A stretch of DNA of 62,001 bases from NCBI GenBank assembly GCA_964431235.1, contig CAYSJA010000010.1:1-62001 (forward strand), read 5' to 3'. Source of the stretch: an uncultured Gammaproteobacteria bacterium (GTDB lineage Bacteria > Patescibacteriota > Patescibacteriia > Patescibacteriales > UBA12465). The notes beneath the pieces are model-generated. The model saw nothing but the letters and a program-made list of their open reading frames with translations. It searched no databases and was not told where the DNA came from. The translations under genes were made by a program, and so were the position numbers. Shown here one piece after another: positions 1-6,922 of the stretch. How positions within the stretch are numbered: the stretch's first letter is position 1; every line of letters begins with the position of its first letter.

Positions 1-201
1 AGATTGCTGACGCCGTTTCTTAGACTTCATATGAGCATGTCTAGCTTCATAACTACCGTCTACTCTAGAATTCCTAATTAATTCCCGCCCCAGTGATGAC
101 GGTGATCGTCCTAAAATCTGAGCAATATCTAAAAGTTCATAGTCTTGTCCAAGAAGCGGCTCTAGCGCAAAGCGTTCTTTTAAGTTAAGATGTTTATACA
201 T
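1..201 (-). CDS. IS30-family transposase, N-terminal part (truncated by window edge)
   Basis: Manual translation MYKHLNLKERFALEPLLGQDYELLDIAQILGRSPSSLGRELIRNSRVDGSYEARHAHMKSKKRRQQS matches the IS30 N-terminal HTH pattern (YxHLxxxER...IAxxLGRSxSxxxRExxRN...Y.A..A). Confidence 0.85.
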   Translation of the reverse strand, partial: MYKHLNLKERFALEPLLGQDYELLDIAQILGRSPSSLGRELIRNSRVDGSYEARHAHMKSKKRRQQS

Positions 202-294
202 ATACTCGTTTTGGTTAGCTGTTTATTAGATACATTCAGCATACACCGAAACGAGTATTTGTTGTATTAATTGCACTTCAAGCTTGAATTCAGC
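1..294 (-). mobile_element. Left end of an IS30-family insertion sequence (runs off the window start)
   Basis: Terminal-IR-like GCTGAATTCAAGCTTGAAGTGCAA (minus strand, 294-271) precedes an IS30-type transposase start at 201. A hairpin (202-215 / 245-258) lies over the translation start region. Confidence 0.8.
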
Positions 295-369
295 ACAAAT
301 GCTTGACTTTAATGAATTCTTGTGGTAATCTCATATAATTCACTAAATGTTCATTTAAAATATATTATC

Positions 370-585
370 ATGAAAAATAGTTCAATGAGATTAACTCTTG
401 TAAACATTATTGCTCTTGGATCTGCTTTTTCTTTAATTCGCAACTTACTATTTATATTTATAGACTCACCTGTAAACATACAAAGAGATGTTCATGGAAA
501 CCTCATAATGCTTGTTGGTTGCTTGATTTGGATGGCAGGAGTAAAGATTATAAATACAACCAGAGAAAAAAAGAAATTTTCCTGA
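370..585 (+). CDS. Small two-TM hypothetical membrane protein
   Basis: ORF 322..585, likely ATG at 370; two hydrophobic segments; TTGACT promoter-like element upstream and terminator downstream. Confidence 0.55.
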   Translation: MKNSSMRLTLVNIIALGSAFSLIRNLLFIFIDSPVNIQRDVHGNLIMLVGCLIWMAGVKIINTTREKKKFS

Positions 586-603
586 TAACCAAATGTTTAA
601 CAT

Positions 604-636
604 ACGACCTTTCACATACGAAGGGTCTTTTTTTAT
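604..636 (+). terminator. Intrinsic terminator
   Basis: GACCTTTC-loop-GAAGGGTC followed by a T run. Confidence 0.65.
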
Positions 637-1028
637 TGTCAATTTGTCAGCTTATCTGTATTTCTTATAGATTGTAACTATTTACACAATTTAGCTAACT
701 TTAGCTATCGGGCAAATAGTTTTCGTTAGATGTGTGGTTATAATCAAGTTAAGAGATAAAGATCTTGTTTGCTTTTTATCCTTTTAAAATATCAGTTTGG
801 CAAGTAATCTTTTTTCGGCCGGCTGGGCAGTCCGTCCGAAAAAAGATTATCCTTACAACAAACTAAAATATTTGAATTAAAAAGAATAAATAAACCATAG
901 CAAAACAGAGTTCACAAAAGTTACGGGCAATGTTTTGGGTAACTTTTTATTGTGGCTAATGTAAGCTAAAAAGTTTTGTGAATTTGGGGTAATTTTGAAG
1001 AAAATTACCTTAATCAAAAGAGATACTA

Positions 1029-1056
1029 TTGACAATTATATCCAATAGGATATAAT
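1029..1056 (+). promoter_or_regulatory. Sigma70 promoter with overlapping palindromic operator (TA autoregulation)
   Basis: TTGACA (1029-1034), 16 nt, TATAAT (1051-1056); perfect IR ATTATATCC-aata-GGATATAAT at 1035-1056. Confidence 0.8.
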
Positions 1057-1086
1057 ATGTTTATATAACATAAAATATAATTTTAT

Positions 1087-1512
1087 ATGGAGGTTGTTTA
1101 TTTTTATGATAAAGATTTAAAATACTGTCCAGTAAAAGAATATTTAAAACAATATTTACCAACCAATAAAGACAAAGAAAACATAATTCAGAGAAAGCAG
1201 AAAATATTAGCTGATATTGATGCTAAAATTGGTCATGTTAGAGAAAATAGGGGAAGACCTGCTCCTCCAATTTCCAAGCCATTGCATGGGTATAGTTGTT
1301 TTGAAATCTTAAATCCAAAAGACGCAAAGACGGTAATTAGAATTCTTTATTTCAGACATCAAGATAAAGTAGTTCTTCTTCACGCTTTTGAAAAGCCTGC
1401 TAATTATGATACAGAAAGAGAACGAAAAAAGGTTGATAAACAAAATCAAATTGGCGAAAAATATTTAAATATATTTAAATCAAATCCAAAAAACTATGAA
1501 AAATATGAATAA
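1087..1512 (+). CDS. Type II toxin, RelE/ParE superfamily (HigB/Gp49-like)
   Basis: V.FY....CPVKEYL N-terminus, KPLHGY..FEI, RILYF...VVLLHAFEK motifs; sits upstream of an XRE gene. Confidence 0.75.
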   Translation: MEVVYFYDKDLKYCPVKEYLKQYLPTNKDKENIIQRKQKILADIDAKIGHVRENRGRPAPPISKPLHGYSCFEILNPKDAKTVIRILYFRHQDKVVLLHAFEKPANYDTERERKKVDKQNQIGEKYLNIFKSNPKNYEKYE

Positions 1513-1891
1513 CAAAAAAATAAGTATAGATCCTATCGCTGAAGCTAGAAAAGGAAAATATTTTAATAAATATTCAAAAGAAGCAAAAGAAAGAATTAAG
1601 CTAGGTGTTGAAATTTATAACACCAGAGAAAACCTAAAAATCAGTCAGCAAGAATTAGCTAAACAAGCGGAAACCACTCAAAAAGTGATTTCTAGGATTG
1701 AGAATGGCGATGTCAATGTTGGTTTTTCTCTACTAAACAGAATAGCTGATGTTTTGGGATTTAATCATGAAAATTGGGGTAGAATTTTTAATTTTAATAC
1801 TCCATATAAATTTTTGTTTGTCGGAAGCAATACTATTAGCCATACTACAAAAATAGAAGAAAATGTCGCTTCTTTAAAAGTATCTTATTAA
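1505..1891 (+). CDS. XRE-family HTH antitoxin (HigA-like) with C-terminal extension
   Basis: SQQELAKQAETTQKVISRIENG HTH; overlaps the toxin stop; alternative start at 1496. Confidence 0.8.
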   Translation: MNNKKISIDPIAEARKGKYFNKYSKEAKERIKLGVEIYNTRENLKISQQELAKQAETTQKVISRIENGDVNVGFSLLNRIADVLGFNHENWGRIFNFNTPYKFLFVGSNTISHTTKIEENVASLKVSY

Positions 1892-1906
1892 TTAATAATT
1901 AAAAAT

Positions 1907-2356
1907 ATGAAAAATGTTTGGTCAATAATTTGTAATAATTCCTCTATAGATTCTCAAACTAACTTATTGAGTTTGTTTAACTGTATAGAAGAAATGAAAT
2001 TAGAAATAGACAAATCTAAAATGCCTAAAAGTGATAAATTAGTTATTCCTGCTAATCTACAACTTGTAAGTCTTTGGCTTATAGATGATTTTTCAAAGGA
2101 AAATACATCAGATATAAAACTGGAGCTTATAGACCCCACGGGCAAAGTTCTAAATGAGTTTCCTAATACTTTGAAATCCAAAAAGGGAGATAAAAGATTA
2201 AGGAGTATAACAAATATTCAAGGGATACAAATAACAGAAAGCGGAAGATATTATTACAGAATATCTCAAAAGAAAGGTAATAAATTTGAAGTAGTTTCTG
2301 AAACTCCTTTGGATATTAATTTGTCATATAAAATATTAGACAATATTAAAAAGTAA
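1907..2356 (+). CDS. Hypothetical beta-rich protein (DUF6941-like), third gene of the TA operon
   Basis: ICxxxxxDxxTNxxSLFN, LxDPxG and FxxxGxY-like motifs; 15 nt after the antitoxin. Confidence 0.55.
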   Translation: MKNVWSIICNNSSIDSQTNLLSLFNCIEEMKLEIDKSKMPKSDKLVIPANLQLVSLWLIDDFSKENTSDIKLELIDPTGKVLNEFPNTLKSKKGDKRLRSITNIQGIQITESGRYYYRISQKKGNKFEVVSETPLDINLSYKILDNIKK

Positions 2357-2411
2357 ATGAACAAAAACATATCTTGATTTTAATTAGAGGATATTAAAAG
2401 CTAAAAAAATT

Positions 2412-2963
2412 ATGCCGAATGTAATATTAGTCCACGGTAAAGACACTGACCCTACACAAAAATGGTATCCTTGGCTTAAAAACGAAGTTGAAAAGAAAAA
2501 TATTAAATTCTTTGCCCCTAAACTTCCAAAGGCCGATGATCCTATTCTTGATGAATGGTTAAGTGAAATAGAGAATTTACACCCCGACAAAAATAGTATT
2601 TTAATTGGACACTCTAGAGGAGGTGTTGCAATTTTACGTTGGCTTGAAAAACAACAAAAAGATGTAGAAGTTAAAAAAGTAATTTTGGTGGCTGTAAATA
2701 ACCCAGCTGTTAGTGAAAAAAATCAAATAAAAGATACTCACGGTTTTTACGAATTAGGAAAGTACAATTTTGAAAAAATAAAAAAGCATTGTTATAATTT
2801 TGTTGTTTTACATTCAGAAGATGATGAGTGGGTTCCTTTTTTAGCTGGTGAAGAAAACGCAAAAGGATTAAATGCAAAATTTCTTAGATTTAAAGACAGA
2901 GGCCACTTCGGAAAAAAACTACCAAAACCAGAAATACCAGAACTGTTAGATGAAATATTATAA
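2412..2963 (+). CDS. RBBP9/YdeN-family alpha/beta hydrolase
   Basis: VHG, WYPWL, GHSxG nucleophile elbow, SEDDEWVP, GHF catalytic His. Confidence 0.9.
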   Translation: MPNVILVHGKDTDPTQKWYPWLKNEVEKKNIKFFAPKLPKADDPILDEWLSEIENLHPDKNSILIGHSRGGVAILRWLEKQQKDVEVKKVILVAVNNPAVSEKNQIKDTHGFYELGKYNFEKIKKHCYNFVVLHSEDDEWVPFLAGEENAKGLNAKFLRFKDRGHFGKKLPKPEIPELLDEIL

Positions 2964-3134
2964 ATACCACCAACCACTGTATTGCCCCGCAAAAAGCGTT
3001 GACCATATGTTGCCCAGATGGTGATAAAAGTAGATATATTGAGTTGTTTTAGATAATTACAGATTAAACAATAATTACCTAATAATAGACAATAATTAGT
3101 ATATACGGGATTATTGTCTTTTTTATCTCTCTGT

Positions 3135-3157
3135 TTCGATTCCCGTTACCCGCTCCA
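3135..3157 (+). repeat. Duplicated 3' end of tRNA-Gly (attR-like site of an island extending left of the window)
   Basis: TTCGATTCCCGTTACCCGCTCCA = T-loop, 3' acceptor strand, U73 and CCA, with no 5' half upstream. TTGMCC direct repeats at ~2982-3017 resemble arm-type integrase sites. Confidence 0.8.
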
Positions 3158-3185
3158 AAGAAAAAAACAACCTTTTTAGATAGGG

Positions 3186-3932
3186 TTATTTTTTTATTGA
3201 TCTCCACATAACTTCAAACATTTCCTTATACATCTGTATTATATTTGGATTTTCAACAGATACAGCTATAATAGGTGGAACTAATTGATGAATTATAGCT
3301 CTTTTAGGAATAAAAACTAAGTTAGTTTTCAAATTTACTTCTTTTGGTAGTAATTTAACTTCTGAATTAAATTCTTGTTGTCTTTCAATATACTTCTTAG
3401 CTTCTTTGTTGTTCTGTAACAATATTTTTATATTAATATTAAGTTTAGCTCTTTTTTTAGTAAACTCCATAAAATACTTATTATCTAACTCAAACCATTT
3501 ATTAGCATTTGATATAATACAATAATCTTGATGTGCTTTTATATCTTTAATCATACTCTCATAAGCTGATTTTACTGACTCTAAACCTTCATAATATTTA
3601 ATCAAAGAATCATGACCATGCATGTTATATAAAGACAATAAGCCGGGTAAACTTTCTTTTAAAATTTCTTTTTTGCTTTCAACAATGCTTTTTAATTTTT
3701 CTGGGTTTTCTGAAACATAATACTGTTTCCAACCTTTTTGTTCAATGAACATTAATCCTTTTTGTTTTAAAGATTCAACCACCGAATACACAGTGGTTCT
3801 TTTAATACTAGCTTCTTTAGATAGCTTTAGAATTGTACTAGGGCCTACGGTGAGCCCCGCAACATAAACAAGAGCTTCATTATTGCTTAAACCAAAACTT
3901 GAAAGAGTTTTTATTAATTGATTTTTATTCAT
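3186..3932 (-). CDS. TrmB-family transcriptional regulator (wHTH + PLD-like effector domain)
   Basis: L..FGLS.NEA.VY...L, RTTVYSVVESLKQKGL, YYEG.E.V, FEVMW C-terminus. Confidence 0.85.
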   Translation of the reverse strand: MNKNQLIKTLSSFGLSNNEALVYVAGLTVGPSTILKLSKEASIKRTTVYSVVESLKQKGLMFIEQKGWKQYYVSENPEKLKSIVESKKEILKESLPGLLSLYNMHGHDSLIKYYEGLESVKSAYESMIKDIKAHQDYCIISNANKWFELDNKYFMEFTKKRAKLNINIKILLQNNKEAKKYIERQQEFNSEVKLLPKEVNLKTNLVFIPKRAIIHQLVPPIIAVSVENPNIIQMYKEMFEVMWRSIKK

Positions 3933-4098
3933 ATTTGTCTATTTTTTAGTCAACATTATTTATAGCTTTAGTATATATTAATATTGTATTAAATGCAACT
4001 ATACTAATCTTTGTCGACAAATTAGACATTATAATTTATATGTAGTAAATTAACATAATTAAATTGTTATTTAAAAGCTTAATAAAAGGAGGTAAAAA

Positions 4099-4221
4099 AT
4101 GAATTTAACTGAATGGTTTTCTCGTGATCCAGTAGGGGCTGGTATAGTAATTGGGATTATTGTAATACTTGTTTTAATAGTATTAGCAAGATTTGTAAAT
4201 TATTTGTGGTTTGATGAATAA
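4099..4221 (+). CDS. 40-aa single-TM microprotein
   Basis: AAGGAGGT SD then MNLTEWFSRDPVGAGIVIGIIVILVLIVLARFVNYLWFDE*. Confidence 0.7.
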   Translation: MNLTEWFSRDPVGAGIVIGIIVILVLIVLARFVNYLWFDE

Positions 4222-4240
4222 ATGTTATAAAAATCTGATT

Positions 4241-4339
4241 ATGGATAAAATTGTTTATGTTTTTATAGGATTATTATTTGCGCTTGCTTTGTTAATTGCA
4301 GGTCTTGGAATTTTCTTATGGGGAGATGAAGAAGTTTAG
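4241..4339 (+). CDS. 32-aa single-TM microprotein
   Basis: MDKIVYVFIGLLFALALLIAGLGIFLWGDEEV*; closely packed after the previous ORF. Confidence 0.55.
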   Translation: MDKIVYVFIGLLFALALLIAGLGIFLWGDEEV

Positions 4340-4348
4340 ACAATAAAG

Positions 4349-4459
4349 ATGGTTATTGCTAACACAGGATTAATTGTAGTAATTGAATTGGCCTGTATGC
4401 TTATTATTACTGGAGGTCTTCTTCTTTATAATATTTTATTTGATGAGTATGAGCCCTGA
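4349..4459 (+). CDS. 36-aa single-TM microprotein
   Basis: MVIANTGLIVVIELACMLIITGGLLLYNILFDEYEP*. Confidence 0.5.
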   Translation: MVIANTGLIVVIELACMLIITGGLLLYNILFDEYEP

Positions 4460-4547
4460 AATAAAAAATGTTATAAACCTCTTGATTTGATTTTTCCTCT
4501 AAAAAGAGGACATGTATAAAAAGCGCCAATATTTAGCAACAGCTAAC

Positions 4548-4581
4548 AAATGATCCCCATATTCAAAGGGGGTCATTTTTT
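4548..4581 (+). terminator. Intrinsic terminator after the microprotein cluster
   Basis: AAATGATCCCC-loop-GGGGGTCATTT followed by T run. Confidence 0.7.
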
Positions 4582-4582
4582 A

Positions 4583-4689
4583 TAAATATTTTTATTTCTT
4601 CTAATAATTTAATCCTAAAACAGGTTTGACTAATTTCCACTTTGGAGCTCAAAAACACAAAGACAACTTCGAAAGAGGTTGTTTTTGTT
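4583..4689. repeat. Cassette-junction repeat copy 1 (core 4616-4653)
   Basis: TAAAACAGGTTTGACTA-ATTTCC-ACTTTGGAGCTCAAA plus downstream hairpin. Confidence 0.9.
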
Positions 4690-4790
4690 TTATACCCTAA
4701 CGGGAAATAAAATTTCTGTGTTATTTATTGAGTTCTGGACTGGATAATGATAAAATTATATTAGCTATAATTTAATTAAAAGAGTTGACT

Positions 4791-5093
4791 ATGATTGATT
4801 TAAAAAAATTACAAAAAGATATATATCAAAATAAAATTGATAAAAAGTTTAATGTCAAAAATGTAGCTATGGAATTTCTTCTTACCCATGAAGAGCTATC
4901 AGAAGCCTATAGAGCTTATTATAAAAAATTACCAGACGTTGGTGAAGAGTTGGCGGACGTTGCTATATACTTATTAGGACTATCTGAAATATTAAACGTT
5001 GACTTAGAAAATGAAATACTAAAAAAAGTTAAAAAAAATAAAAATAGAATCTATAGACAGATAAACGGAGTGAACACCAGAATAAAAAATTAA
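4791..5093 (+). CDS. MazG-like nucleotide pyrophosphohydrolase
   Basis: EELSE...GEELADVAIYLLGL...KVKKN..R MazG-like pattern. Confidence 0.85.
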   Translation: MIDLKKLQKDIYQNKIDKKFNVKNVAMEFLLTHEELSEAYRAYYKKLPDVGEELADVAIYLLGLSEILNVDLENEILKKVKKNKNRIYRQINGVNTRIKN

Positions 5094-5110
5094 TAATATC
5101 TACTATAAAC

Positions 5111-5217
5111 AAATATTTCTAACTTTTTCTAATAATTTTATTTTAAAACAGGTTTGACTACCATCTACTTTGGAGCTCAAATATACAAAAACAACTTCAA
5201 AAGAGGTCGTTTTTGTT
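5111..5217. repeat. Cassette-junction repeat copy 2 (core 5144-5181)
   Basis: TAAAACAGGTTTGACTA-CCATCT-ACTTTGGAGCTCAAA plus the same hairpin as copy 1. Confidence 0.9.
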
Positions 5218-5353
5218 AGATAAAAATGAAAAATTTGACTATCATCTATTTAAGTATTACGGCTTACCATCCTTGATTTATTAGATGAATTATTATATCA
5301 TTAAATATCAATTAAAATAGTAAATTAACAACTAAATAATAGGAGGATTTAAA

Positions 5354-5995
5354 ATGGATAAAATTTTAATTACAGGCTTTGAGAGATTCGGAGACTACAA
5401 AGAGAATGTTACAGAAATTATAAGTAAAAAGATTTTAAGAATATCAAACCATTCTCTTGAATACATGATTTTTCCTGTCAGAATTTTTTCTAATGGAGCA
5501 GATAATTATGGTAAACAAATTATTGCCAGGGCAAAAGAAATTAATGCTAAAGCAATCATTTCCTTAGGAATGGGATCGGACATAAGAGGATTAAGAATTG
5601 AGTCACAAGCTATAAATTGGGTTGAAAATGCAAAATATTGTATATTGTCAGAACAAAAGAAAACCATTGATGATAGCTTAGATTCTAGGTCGACACTAAA
5701 GATAGACTTTGGAAAATGGAATATATCGAAAATTTTTTCCGCCTTTAAAGAAATGAATATAGTCCATGAATCAGAAATATCAATTGATGCCAACTCCTTT
5801 TGCTGCAATGCTTTGATGTTTAGAACATTACAAGCTATTCAAATCGAAGGATGTAAAATTCCTTATATTTACTTAAATCTTCCCTGTAGTCATCATGCTA
5901 TTGAGGGGCTTCCTGATTTTGATAAGAAAAAGCATCTTATATCAATATATGATGTTGAGGATATATTAACCATCCTTTCTATGTATTATATTTGA
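5354..5995 (+). CDS. Pyroglutamyl-peptidase I (C15) family protein
   Basis: ILITGFERFG, ISLG, RIE..A.N, SIDANSFCCN (cf. DAGxFxCN); AGGAGG SD. Confidence 0.8.
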   Translation: MDKILITGFERFGDYKENVTEIISKKILRISNHSLEYMIFPVRIFSNGADNYGKQIIARAKEINAKAIISLGMGSDIRGLRIESQAINWVENAKYCILSEQKKTIDDSLDSRSTLKIDFGKWNISKIFSAFKEMNIVHESEISIDANSFCCNALMFRTLQAIQIEGCKIPYIYLNLPCSHHAIEGLPDFDKKKHLISIYDVEDILTILSMYYI

Positions 5996-6053
5996 TACTT
6001 TTCAAAAAAATTAGTATAAAACGCTTTTACTAAAAGGCGTTTTTTCTATTTAT

Positions 6054-6134
6054 AAACATGTTTTTTAATATCCTCCAATATTTTAATTTTAAAACAGGTT
6101 TGACTAACTTCTACTTTGGGGCTCCAAAGAAAAA
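6054..6134. repeat. Cassette-junction repeat copy 3 (core 6090-6127); right boundary of the accessory region
   Basis: TAAAACAGGTTTGACTA-ACTTCT-ACTTTGGGGCTCCAA; GCTCCAAAGAAAAA is identical to 3152-3165. Confidence 0.85.
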
Positions 6135-6212
6135 CAGTCCAAAATTTTGAACTGTTTTTTATTAATAACAAAGTTTGTTTACCATTTATTTAAATTTTAA
6201 ATAAAAACCTCT

Positions 6213-6920
6213 TTAAAATTTTCCAAAATCATATTTTATAATCTTTTTTTTAATCCTACGATTAGTTAAAGTGAATATTCCCATTTTAAACCACTTCCAA
6301 CCACTAATAAAAAATCCTTCTTTCTGTATTCTTCTGGAAGAATAGAGCAGGGTACAACTCTTAATCATTCTAAATTTTCCTTGTTCTGCTATTCTAGCAC
6401 AATAATCACAATCTTCGGATAAAAAAATCTCTAAATCAAAACCTTTAATTTTTTGATGAAAAGAGCGACTAACTATTATAGCAGCTCCCATTGCCGCTGG
6501 ATATCGACCACGTTGTTTCAAAAAACAAATGAAATTAGAAATAAAAGAATAAATATTATAATACCAACGACTAGGGTTAAATCTTATATAAAAACTAGCA
6601 GCCGTTAACTTCCTATCAAAGAACTCTTTAACTGCTTTCTGTAAAAACCCGGGGGGTAAAACAGAATCAGCATCCAAAAATAAAATTTGCTCTCCTTGAG
6701 CAATTTGCGCTCCTTGATTGCGTTGAAAAGAAGGATGCTTTATTTTATCATTTATAATTAAACGAACTTTTTTTTCTACTGCTATTTTTTGCGTCAAATC
6801 TTTAGAACCAGCATCAGAAACAATTATTTCATAATCAGAAAAATTCTGATTTAAAATAGAATCAAGTAGCCGAGGTAAATATTTTTCTTCATTTAAAGTA
6901 GGTATTATTATAGATAGCAT
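6213..6920 (-). CDS. Glycosyltransferase family 2
   Basis: SIIIPTLNEE, DAGSKD, RNQGA, FLDAD, ED motifs. Confidence 0.92.
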   Translation of the reverse strand: MLSIIIPTLNEEKYLPRLLDSILNQNFSDYEIIVSDAGSKDLTQKIAVEKKVRLIINDKIKHPSFQRNQGAQIAQGEQILFLDADSVLPPGFLQKAVKEFFDRKLTAASFYIRFNPSRWYYNIYSFISNFICFLKQRGRYPAAMGAAIIVSRSFHQKIKGFDLEIFLSEDCDYCARIAEQGKFRMIKSCTLLYSSRRIQKEGFFISGWKWFKMGIFTLTNRRIKKKIIKYDFGKF

Positions 6921-6922
6921 AA

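Noticed and set aside
3135-3157. Complete tRNA-Gly
   Set aside because: Only the T-loop and 3' acceptor strand are present.
4616-6127. Repeats as a CRISPR array, integron attC sites or dif/pdif sites
   Set aside because: Spacers are 0.5-1.5 kb and contain genes; there are no RYYYAAC/GTTRRRY inverted ends and no XerC/XerD arm consensus.
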